Positions 9,019-23,763 of a stretch of 64,000 nt of DNA are shown here, in pieces. Origin of the DNA: Leidyana gryllorum EB-2025a (Eukaryota; Protista; Apicomplexa). Where the stretch lies: the NCBI GenBank assembly GCA_048772705.1, contig JBLWGC010000216.1, forward strand, positions 139,438-203,437. The letters are read 5' to 3'. Each line of letters begins with the position of its first letter. Position 1 is the stretch's first letter. The notes beneath the pieces were generated by a model. It was given only the letters and a program-made list of their open reading frames with translations, ran no database searches and was not told the origin of the DNA. The translations under genes were made by a program, and so were the position numbers.

Positions 9019-12000
9019 TCAAATCTGTTGACTGACTAAAGAGGGTCGTCGACGGGCTCTCCCGAGTGCAATTAAATCCTCCTCACGGATTCCTCCTTCC
9101 TCACTGATAGGAGCGTCCATCTGCAACGATGGAGGGATCCGTGCCTCGCTCAGGTTGTAGTACTGCCCGGTGAAATCCAATCTGTTAAGCAGCTTGGTGC
9201 TATGGGACCCGTATGATCGCCGACTCAGATCCACCATATGGCTCATAAACTCTGCCAAATGCTTAGCCGACACTTCCTTCAACGCCATCAGGTACTCTCT
9301 ATACGAATCACCAGACAGAGTTCTAACGGCTTCTGCACACACAAAGGCAACACTGCGCCCGTTCTGCCGAATCTTCGTCGGCACTGCATGTGCAGTACCC
9401 AGAGATCTGCCACGAGCATTCTCCTTTCCAACACACCAACAACAACAACTCACCCCAGAAAGTCGTACGCTCGCACGAACAAAGTGCAATCGTTTACCAT
9501 CCGCAGCATTAACGTCAGACTTTCGCTCTGTCGGCAAAGAGAGAGTCAAATCAGTCAGTGTGTGGGTCGGCTGTACACTCACATCGGTCAGGAAGAATTG
9601 GTACATAATGCTGTACAGCGTTTTATGGTGGAGATCTGCGAGTTCCTGGAGAGACTGAACTTTGGTGCTGGCAGCACGGAACTCCTCAATCGCCGGTTCC
9701 AGGACCTCCTCTGTCATATAAGTGAGAAGATTGGTGATGAGAGGCGCGACATCTTGACGGAATTGCATCAACTCCAAAAGGATAGTGCTCTGTTCCTCTT
9801 TGGGCAAAAGTCTGTCGTACCGATATATCAGACTCAGATCTCTCCACAACAAGGCCAAATGTTTCTGTGACACAGTCACAGCAAACAGTAACCGAAAGAT
9901 GTTCTGGAGAGCGACAATAGTCTTCATATCAAAGAACTGCGCCACTCATTATGAATGCTCGGCAACGCCATCGATCAACTCACGATTTGGAGCGGCCACG
10001 GCAAGTCCACAAAGTAGGTCAGATGGTGAGCGGCAATCGTGCCCTTCGGCGGCAAGTCCGACATCATCCCGTGCAGTCTCCACCACGTAGGAGCGTTGGC
10101 CATGAACGGTTTCCGGGGAGACTGCATCAATTTCAGCTCAGTGAAGTATCTGACGAGGGCCAAGTCGGCAGCATTAGTCTCAATGCCCGACTCCTTTACA
10201 AACCCCAGAATTGTGGGAAAGTAGACGGACTCTCTGAAATCACTCTCCATTCGGCTCTGAGGTGCCGCGAACGCTCGAGGGTCAGTACTCCGTCGACCCT
10301 TAGTGTTGGCAACAATGGCACTCTGAGCGCCAATATCCACACCACCCGGACCATCACGAGGTTTCCACACTGGATCACACCACCTCGACATTGTCTGCGA
10401 AACTCGTTGTCAAATGGAGACAGACAGAGGGAGGGGGCGATGAACGGTCGGGGCACTCACGAGTATCGAAATTTGACTGTTCGAAAGAGACACAGAGTCG
10501 CGGTAAATGTCAGAGTGTACTGTGGAGGACCGAATGGCTTTGGCAAACTTGGCGGACAACGCCTCCATATTGGGGAACTTTGATGCCAAATCTTCTTCGG
10601 CTAACTCGAGAAAGTCTCCAACGAGATCCGACCTGCAGCGAGCGGAGGAGAGTGGTCGAAAAGTTGATCGATTGTTCTGCCGACTACTGCTCACTGAGTC
10701 ATAAAGTAGAATGTGTGTGCAGACTTTATACGCCCGGCCAGATCACACTTCTCCACCAGCCTGCTATACAGTACCATCTGACTGTAGCTGGATATCTTGT
10801 CAACCTGAGCGAGCGCATTGGGGCTCTCAAACTGTATATGTTCGAATTGAAAGTCACGTCTGCATGCCGCATATTCTTCCTCTGGTAACCAGTGTTTCAA
10901 AGTGTGCCACACACGCCCACAGAGACAGATCTGCAAATGGCGCCCAGTATTGGAGGGACCGCTAAGAGTCAGCGTTACCTTCTCGGCAACCGATCTGAAA
11001 GGTGAGGGTACTCGGCTTTCGACCAGCGTGTAAGCGTGATCCCAATAGAGAAGTCGTTTCAAAGGGGTGTCGAGTTTGGTCAGTCTCGGGTCAGTCACAA
11101 TGAAGAATTCGCCCCGAGGGTCGTCCAGAACGCCCTAAATATGTGGCATCGATGGCAAAGGGAACTAACTCTCCGTGTCGCACACTAACCTCATAGATCC
11201 ATTCATTCAGCATTTGCTCAAAGGGCTGAGCGGTGGCGAATATGATGAAGCTGGCCACCGCCCGGAGAGACGGATTAGACCCGTATTCCAACTTTACTGT
11301 CCTCAGAACGTCCATAAGATCCAAACCCTGAACATTGTATGTCATTCGCGCCAACTGACACAGGAGATTTAACGCTGGTCTGAGAAGGGATCAAAGGATG
11401 AAAGAAGATCAGTTTCGTCTCACTTGGCTTCATGGAGGCTCGACCACAGCTTCTGTAACGTCAAAGCGCCATTGCTGTTCCACGCATCCAACTCGGCAGT
11501 CCTCGTCTGACAAAATAAGTGCCCAGTCGCCCAAGTTTCTCTCACCTCCAACTCCTTCAAGATATATTTCATCGCAGATCCCAGTGCCTCGTTCGTCCGC
11601 GTTGAAGGCGCGAGCAAATGGTGTTCAGCGACATGACGAATCAACTGAACAGTTGGCAAATGCTCACAGGCGAGGCCGCCGACGCCGAAGAGCTCACCGA
11701 GACTTGGTGTACAATGTCCATTATCTTGTCGCACATCTGCCCAGTTGAAAAGGGCCCATTACGTCAATCAACAAACACAAAGCTCCACCTCACCTTACGC
11801 AGCGACTCGTCGAGCCGTGTTACGCTCTCAAAGTTGTTGGTGACATCGCGAGGTCCTTGCGGCTCAGACACGCCTCGAGGTGGGGTGATGGCATCAGTAC
11901 CCAAACATTGGACAAAGGTTTTGTACTCGTGAGAGAATCTCGGACACTCAGCCGGCTCTGCGAGTTTTCGCTTCAACACCACATAGTCACTCGGGACCAT

Positions 12001-12350
12001 AGGCTTCTCGGTCCGGGGAATTTCTACACACACACATATATACACACTGCTTGGGGGACTGTGGAGGGGGAACTTACTTTCGGGCACTATGTGAGACTCC
12101 ATCGTGGGAAAAGTCGTCTTGAGAGTGATGAACTCTCCAGAGACACCAAAGAGACAGTGTATACAGTCCATCACCAACAGGATCTCTTGGACACTCAGCT
12201 GATGGTCAGCAAGTAGAGGTACTGACGCTCACTGGCCTTACGTCGACTGCTCCCTCTTCGGTCAACAGCACACTCAAAGCCTCGGGACTGTATTCTGTTG
12301 TGGAGGAGAAGAGACTCGGCTGAACCGATTCGACTGTGAGGCAGTTGATG
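9019..12350 (-). CDS. TUBGCP2: Gamma-tubulin complex component 2 (Spc97/GCP2), multi-exon; 5' end uncertain
   Basis: GRIP-domain motifs in order across exons: VMDCIHCLFGVSGEFI, AQPFEQMLNEWIYE, YWDHAYTLVESRVPS, DFLELAEEDL, LPWPLQIV, LLTYMTEEVLEP. Confidence 0.8.
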
Positions 12351-12361
12351 GAAGCTGCAAG

Positions 12362-13400
12362 TCAAAAGCTCACTGGGGGCGGGAACCGTTGCATCACACA
12401 TGAGATGGGCATCCCAGTGGGGTGTTCGTGGCTGCGCCGTGATAATGTCGAGATTCCAACAATCCGAGGCCATATCTGAGAAAAGAAGGGTACGCGGGGA
12501 CTCCAGTAATCACCGACAGCCTCACCAAACAGTGGGGGGTCAGAGTAGCGTAGGGCAGCACCAACTTCGGTGTCCACAGTCAGAGCACCTCGACCATTCG
12601 ACCACAACAGACAAACTGCACGCAATTTGTGTCCGCTACAGAACTCTGACGCACCCGGATCCTTCGAGGTGATCAATCCTCGATTCCTGGGATCAACAGG
12701 GTTCACAAGAATCCACTCCGGCAATCTCTCGTTGTTGGCCAGCAGTTGTTGCAAATCCTTCAAGACAACCCGAGGCTGTTCTCCCACCAAGTTGCCAAAC
12801 TCCAGAGTGAGAACATAACGAGTCCCGCCAAAGGAGTCTGCTTGGCAAATCATCACAGATTCAAAGAACGTCACAAAGTCGCCGAGCTCTTTGTCTCTGC
12901 CTTCGTCAGTAGTTACACCCGGAAGAACGGCCATCTCGCACCCCCAACCGAGACTGCTGAACCACACACGCTCAGCCCGCTGAATAATGGCACGATTCTC
13001 CCCCATATCTTCTTGGAGCATGGAACGTTTGAGCAGATCAACATGGATGTGTCCGCTGCCAACGCGTGTATCCCGCGATCTGTAGCCTTCTCGCACACGC
13101 TGCACATCCACATCCTTCGATTCAGTTCCCAAGTCGTTCGGAACACCCTGGTACTCATTTACCCGACAGCCCAATAATAGGCCTCGGTCGAAACAGCTTC
13201 TGATATTCACCTACAGCGCTGCCATGTGAAATACCACATGACTCAAGCACACTAACTTGCAGGCCGTAACGCAATGCCCCTTTGGGAGGTGGGCCGCATG
13301 GTTCGCATATGATGACATTCGACGGGGAATCGGGCTCTTTGGTTGCTTTGCTTGGGTTTCGAAACAGTACATCTGCATGTGATTGACTAACTAATCGCAT
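12362..13400 (-). CDS. Hypothetical spliced ORF; either a separate gene or the 5' part of GCP2
   Basis: ATG at 13400 (MRLVSQ) joins the 282-aa ORF at 13210 in frame through a GTTAGT...TAG intron. Confidence 0.4.
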
Positions 13401-13419
13401 ATTTCTATCTACAATACAA

Positions 13420-15327
13420 TTATCTGAGCATAGAAGGAGTACAACTTTCACACCACCAACGGAAAGCGTCTATTTCAGGCGATTGGACGCAGGCAGCGCT
13501 GAGCGCACACGCGTGCGAACAGATGTGAGCGGAATTGAGATCGAACCTAGTTGGGAGAGCAGCCATCGCTTCCGGCGGAATCAGCATAGATAGCATGCTA
13601 ACGATCATTGGGTATGATCGCTGAATTTCCTTGATGAACCATTCATCCGGCACATCGACAGTGGTGTTAAGGCGCTGGCGTCTCATGGCTCGGTAATCAA
13701 CATTCAGCTGAAGTATTTGTGTTACTTGGCGCTCTCCGGACAACTTACGAGAATCTGGCTCGGATTTTCAACGTAGTAGTCCCTTCCGACTTTGGAAAAC
13801 GCGCCCGCATGAACAATGTTCGAGCGGAAGTCAGAGTTACACCGGGGAAACCCGTACTTTGAGTTACCTTCGAAACAGGGGAAGTGGTGTAGGCCGTCGT
13901 TCATATCTGTGATATGTCGGCTGTTCACCAGTTTGCGATAGACATCCACTTGTTTGCGATTGAACATCCGAAGCGGGGCAAAGAAGACTCCATTGATCTG
14001 TGGAGAGCAATCTTCAGTCTTCAAGCGCTCGGCGACCGCCAGAGAGAGGATTTGACCGACTGAACCGCCCAATGAATGGCCGAAGAAAGTGATTGTTGTG
14101 TCATCGCAGCCACAACCTGCAGCGGCAGTTTCACGCTGCAGGACACTGATCAACGGAGGTAGAAGGGCACTGACAAAGCTAAGGACGCCAGAGTGGGTAC
14201 CATTGACGAGAGGGTCGTCATTCCGAGCGAGATCAAAGGCGGTGGTCCATTCGTGCAACGTTTTGCTGCCGCGAGTGCCGATTGCGAATTCACAGTTGGC
14301 CGATTTCCGCTGAAAGAAGAGAGCATATGGAGTATATTCAGGCTCGTCAGCTCGCATTCCGAATTCTAAGTGGCGACAGATGGTGCTAAGTCTCAAGTTT
14401 CCAGAGCCTACCAGGAGGTGCTAGCTCAATGGCATTGAACATTTGTACAACCTTCCAGCCGGGCAGTATGTTGGTGGCTGCTAGTGCTGGTTCGGCACAT
14501 TGGGTGTGGTCGTGATCTAAGCGCGCCAGGTGACTCAGCATTTGATTCGCACGATACAAAGTTAGGTAAGTGAGAAGTTCTTTCTGTCGCACAGCATCGG
14601 GGATGTAATGTGGCATGTGATCAAGCCTCTCGAGAGTTAGCGGCATGTCAACCGATGGATCATTGAAGTGAAAAGCTTGCAAGCCCGCTTGAGCTTGAAA
14701 AGTGGAAGGCGACGGTTGACAGATTGCTCCGTCAGGAAGCCTCTTAATTTCAACGGGACCCTCGATACACACTGGAGAGGATTCGTCGGAAGTACTGGCA
14801 GGTTCGTCCAGAACCACTGCCCCGCAGGCGACCACAGTCTGTACCAAGTCAATTAATGCGCAGGATATTGGTGAACGATCGCGCAGCTCTTTTGAAAACA
14901 CTGCTTCAGCGTCAACGAGCCGACACAACCGTTCAGAATAGGTCTCAAGTTTATCAGTGTGAGCCATCATTGCTACGTCATCTCCGGTGCCACTCAGTAC
15001 CAAATCGCTAACTAAAGGAGCAATGCTCATCATGGTTTGCAGGGGAGATATAGGCATCTCATCCATTTTCGTCGCATACAAATCACTGAGTCCATCTCGA
15101 GCGTGATCCTGCGGGATGCCAAAGTACTCATTCTTGATCATATCAACCACATAGGGAGGAATTTGAGAAGTCATCAATGTCGAAGCTATTCTCTGAATTG
15201 AGGGGACCAGCCCCTGGGTACACCATTGCATACTTCGCCATAAACCCAATGTTTCGGGTATCTCCACATAGGTCACTTCAGTTGCACTCGTCGCAGACAC
15301 AAGCAGCCAAGCAGCAAACGTGAACAT
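13420..15327 (-). CDS. Secreted class-3 lipase (alpha/beta hydrolase), 3 exons
   Basis: Signal peptide MFTFAAWLLVSATSA, RGS oxyanion region, HSG, nucleophile motif FFGHSLGG, candidate catalytic D and H (DGLHHFP, AHICS). Introns near 14370-14411 and 13710-13748 keep the frame. Confidence 0.85.
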
Positions 15328-15511
15328 TGAGAAGTGTGCGTGAACGAAAACGACTCAAGGTAAAAATTCAACTGCAATTTTCTGTGTCGTCTGCGAATGA
15401 AAACAAGTCAGTGTTGATATGGGATTGTCCTCAAGACACCAGCGGAAGCATTTGGTCCTGTGCGGAAAATCGTCCTCGGTTCGCACCTCCTGCAGCGCTA
15501 CTTCAAGCAGG

Positions 15512-17453
15512 ATGAGTCCTTCCACTCCAACTACGGCGCCTCCCTCATCACCCATAGAACCCTCGTCCCCGGTCGAGGCGGAGGCACCAACTGGAATGAT
15601 TGAAGGTTTCAAAAAAAAAGCTTGAACACCTTGGAGTACTTTGACCTGACGTTCCTGCCCCTTATCGCCGTTCTGAGCCGAAAGCCGAGCAGTCTGGTAC
15701 TCCTTGTCGATGGCGCTACCTATTTTCCCAACGATGAAGTTAACGGGAAAGGCCAGCGACCGATTGTTGTCAAGTTATTTGCCTCCAAGGTTGCTGCAAT
15801 CGATCGGGCGAAAACGTTAGTACAGGTATGCCGCGTCTCTCTCTCTCCACACCGCGGACACACGTGTTTGATATCTATTCAGTTTGAGGATCTATGCACC
15901 GAAAGTGATTTAGATCGCCCTGATCGGCTATTCCACCGCGAGTTGGTGTTGTTGTCACGCTGTCAGGGTGAGGAGTCAGGTCGTGATGGAGTGGTGACAC
16001 TGCTGGGTTGGGGCATTGCTGAGAACTATCAAGGCGTTATTGTTGAGGCACTTGGTGGACCCAATTTACTCGAGTTCCTGGTGCGCGGTCTCGAGTCACC
16101 TAGCTCTCCCAAGAAGAATCAGACCGCAGTTGTCTCTCCTCCTCCTTATTTACAGCTACTTTTCAGGCTTCACTGGGCCCATCAGGTGAGTTTTTGACGA
16201 GATACTATCTATTTGTCCGGTGTTGTTGGATGCGTAATGCAATGCGGCAACCCAGGGTTCTTGACTTGGTGTTGAATGGCCAAACTGTGCTCTGTCTTAT
16301 GCTTCACTCGAATTTTCCTGCAGCTTGCTACGATTGTTAGTAATGTGCACAAACGTGGTGTTATCCATCGTGATATTCGATCGGAGAATTTCGCTTTTCG
16401 GAGTCCGCCGACATTGAAATCTTTCGGTCAATTGGTGCTGTTCGATTTCGATGGAGCGACTTATCAGCGACGGCATGTGGATGAGGTGAAGCCGTTGAAG
16501 CACCGGCCTCCCGCTTCCGTTGAGATATCAATTCATTCTCACTTTGTTGAGTCACTGTTGGAGGGGCAAGTATTTTCTGACATTCCGGGCAAACGTCCGT
16601 GCCTCCATTGGCCAATATGCCCCCCAACAGCGACCGGCAGTAATCCGGGATCGCATACGGAAGCTCCCGAAATGACATATTGCCAAGGTAGCGCATCTTG
16701 TCCTCAGGGATGTGCGGCGGAGCGCCAGCAAGTGCGTGCAGCTCTTCGCAGTCAGAATAAGACGTTTGGCTCGTCGACTGGCGATCTCGATATCGCGGCT
16801 CGTGAAGAGTTATGTTCCTGTCCTCTGTGCGAATGTCATGAAGCCCGTGTCGATGTCTGGCACTTGGGCACTCTGCTGGCCCAACTATTTAGTGCCCACG
16901 ATAACGCCGCCTCTTCGGCTGGAGCAGGGCGGGTTGTGACTTGTGCGACCTGTTTCCAGGTGAGCTGACGACTGTCTACGGGCGTGAACTGTTGTTCATG
17001 CTGGTTATATTTCAGCGTTTGCCCTGGACATTGAGGTCATGGGACGAGTGGTGTGACAGCGTGGAAGGATTGATCGATCTGGCAACTTTGGAAGTACTGA
17101 ATTTTTCGGCCGTGCCAGCGAACTTGCCGGCTAAATGGCATGAGTGCCCTGTGTTTGCTAAGAGCAGTATGCATTTGTCTGACCATGTGCAACCGCACCG
17201 TCATGCTGCTCCCAAAGGCGCAGCAACGAGGCTTTTTACAAGCCGTTGGGAGTGGAATGAGATATCTGAGAGAATACGCGAGCAGCTCGTGGCTTTGCTG
17301 CACTCGATGACTTCGTTGAATGCCGAGGAACGCCCAAGCGCAGTGTTTGTCGAGGAGGCCTTGAAGTCAATGTTTATGTCGGTGTACGACTTTTTGGCTC
17401 GTAGCCACTTGCCCGTTCCCTTCATACGAGATGCAAAGCTGGAATTGAGTTGA
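15512..17453 (+). CDS. Divergent Ser/Thr protein kinase A, multi-exon, with a frame break at an A9 run near the 5' end
   Basis: IVVK, FHREL, HRDIRSEN, DFD in place of DFG, APE, DVWHLG, ERPSA. Confidence 0.75.
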
Positions 17454-17491
17454 GATAGCTCTGTACTCTCTGCGTCCCAATATTTGCCGTT

Positions 17492-19114
17492 GTGGTCAAA
17501 CTTTCATCAATTACTCGTCTATCCGAGCTGTACTCTGCAGCACTTCAGGCGTTGTCCAGAGTGCCACATGTTGACATCCGCAATCTGCACTTAGGTGCCG
17601 TACTGTTGAGGACAGCGCAACGTCTTCATCTCGTTGTAGTGGCCCCCACCTCTGAAGACAATTGTACTTATTACTTGGTCAAGTTGCACAAAGTCCAACC
17701 AGACAGCCGCAGAGTACCGGCGAGATTCGAATGCAAAAGCAAGAGACCTTCTTGGACTTCACCAACAGCTTTGGATGAACCTCCGCACAAGTTCCTGCGT
17801 GAACTTATCGTCACGGCACATGCCCAGGGGAAAAGTGGAATACCTCGACTAATTGGTTGGAGTGCTGTGGATGTAAGCTGCAGTACATTATTTTCAGCTC
17901 GCTGCCTTTTCCAATTTGTAGTCGCAATCACAAAGCTAGATCTAACCCCCCATTTATCTTTGTAGGGCTTCCAAGGCGTGGTGCTAACCCATGATAACGG
18001 ACTCAACTTGAGTCAGTTTGACAAGAGCGAAATGCCAGCTCATCTGCGTGTCCTGTTCGCTCTGGAGTGGGCGCGACAGGTGAGTTTTGCGGTTGCCGAC
18101 ACTACAAAAGCACACGTGTGTGCGGACTCAGATCGCACTGATTGTGTCGAAACTGCACGAGGCCGGGATTGTCCATCAGAACATCCAAACAGATCAGTTT
18201 GTGGTGAGTCATAGCTCAGTGACATCACAATCGGGGTTTCTGTGCGTATCTAGTTTACCACTCGTCCAACGGCCAGCTGTTTTGGGGAATTGAGTTTAGT
18301 TGACCTCGAAGGAGCCACGATGCTTCCGCCTCCGCCCAAACCCGCAGCGGCAACTCCCAAGGTGTTTAGGACTCCGGGATGTCGGGCTGGGTGTCAAGGC
18401 TCACTTGACCCTCTGGCAGCAACCCTTGAGAGTCGATGTTTGCACGAACTGGAGGTTCCCCCTCAGATTTGGATGATCCGGAGTTGTCCCATAGCTCCTG
18501 AGCGGCGAGTATTGCTGCAAGTGAACTCGGCAGGCCCCGAGCAGACAGTCGCAAGTCTGCAGAGCTGTGCCGGTGAGCCCAGTCTGTCGAACAAACCTTT
18601 AGACGTGACAGTTAGCTACTGACATTTGGGACTTGGCCCACACTATTGGGCCCTTGATAGGTGGGGACGGGGACTTTCGTCCTTGGTGCCCGCTGTGTCA
18701 CTCGGTAGGGTAGAGCACAGAATTAACAGCTCATGGATGCGTATCCTGCACATCAGCAAAGGGACTGGCCACTGGCAGACTTCCACAAATGGATGTGTAG
18801 TGGACTTGCTTTGATGGATATGACTTGGATGGTACCAATGGCAATGTCACCGTCGGTGAATGACGTAGTGAGCACATTCCCACTACCCAGTCCGGTCGGT
18901 TTGCACGTGAGACGGCAATGGCCTCGGGTGTGTGAGAGCGTGCGAGTCGGTTGTCAGCGTCTGCTGAGGGATATGACAGCACATGACATGCGATTGAGAC
19001 CAAATTCAGCAACGGTAGCGATGGAGTTGGGGAGGATGTTGAAGTTTGTGGAACAGTTCTTATCAAACCAAACAGAAATCTCCCTGCCAAAACGAAGTCC
19101 AGATTGTTTTTGTG

Positions 19115-19122
<8 letters not shown>
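17492..19122 (+). CDS. Pseudokinase B, paralog of kinase A, multi-exon, no obvious ATG of its own
   Basis: YLVK, FLREL, HQNIQTDQF (HRD lost), DLEG, IAPE, DIWDL, LRPNS. Intron positions are shared with kinase A. Confidence 0.7.
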
Positions 19123-22781
<3,659 letters not shown>

Positions 22782-23034
22782 CTAGCCAATATCCACTTTT
22801 CTAGTGCGCCAGCTGATCTCAACCCAAAGAACACTCTTCAATCCAAACCGACCCTAATTTCGTCACTCCCTTCGCGAATCTCTCTCACTCACAGACCTGT
22901 TAGAACTAGCCAGAATCGGAGCTGTTGTTCGTCTAGAACACATCCCCCCACCAATGGTGGTAGCCCTGCTACCAGCCGCCTCTCGGTGCCACCAGCGGCC
23001 ACAGATCAGCACTTCGCCTACTTGCTGTACACAT

Positions 23035-23163
23035 GTTTGTTCCCAGGGGGTGTTTGCCAGCTATGACACAGACGACAATAAGAAGCCCCAGAGGGAAATT
23101 TCGTCTAGCGGTGCTCAGCAAGAGAGGTTACGGGATGGGTAACTCCTCAGAATAACACCGCAT
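23035..23163 (-). ncRNA. Box H/ACA snoRNA candidate, copy C
   Basis: Hairpin GCGGUG...CACCGC, H box AGACGA, second hairpin UCCC...GGGA, then ACA plus 3 nt; 129 nt. Confidence 0.75.
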
Positions 23164-23176
23164 TGCAAATACACAG

Positions 23177-23305
23177 GTTTGTTCCCAGGGGGTATTTGCC
23201 AGCTATGACACAGTCGACAGTAAGAAGCCCCAGAGGGAAATTTCATCTAGCGGTGCTCAGCAAGAGAGGTTACGGGATGGGTAACTCCTCAGAATAACAC
23301 CGCAT
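23177..23305 (-). ncRNA. Box H/ACA snoRNA candidate, copy B
   Basis: Same architecture with H box AGAUGA and ACA-AAC end; about 5 differences from copy C over the 142-bp period. Confidence 0.75.
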
Positions 23306-23317
23306 TGCAAATTGACG

Positions 23318-23464
23318 AGTTGTTCCCAAGCCACAAAGCCACATAAGAGTCAATGAATTCCTCGTGCAGACGCGAAATGTAACAGAGGGAAATTGTGTAT
23401 AGCGGTGCTCAGCAAGAGGTATCAACGTGGCAGACTGACTTGAACCCTCGGAACAACACCGCAA
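23318..23464 (-). ncRNA. Box H/ACA snoRNA candidate, diverged copy A
   Basis: Lower stems, first pocket, H box ACACAA and ACA-ACU are retained while the upper stems differ in sequence but still pair; about 147 nt. Confidence 0.7.
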
Positions 23465-23763
23465 TAGATCACCAACACAAATTGCGCCAAGCTACCATAG
23501 CGAAGATCGCGAGTGACCAGGCAGCTCAATGATTGTGACGAATAAGCAACCTCGAGTATTTCACGATGAACATCAATAGGTAAATTATCAGCGTTAAAAT
23601 CAATGTCTATTTTTAGGCACAAAAGTGTGTGTCGGGCCGCACACGATCAGATGTCGACTTTCATTAGAATCACAAGTCGACAAGCTGACACCTGAATCCA
23701 TTTCAGTATGGAAATGGATGTAATAGGTGACCAGCACCAATGCCCAATTACGCACATTTCTAC

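Noticed and set aside
23028-23465. CRISPR array or MITE interpretation of the 142-bp repeat
   Set aside because: No unique spacers, cas genes, terminal inverted repeats or target-site duplications; eukaryotic context; H/ACA architecture explains it better.
23422-23622. F-box-like LPIDVHREILE in a 66-aa minus ORF
   Set aside because: No ATG, very short, and it runs into a repeat whose period is not a multiple of 3.
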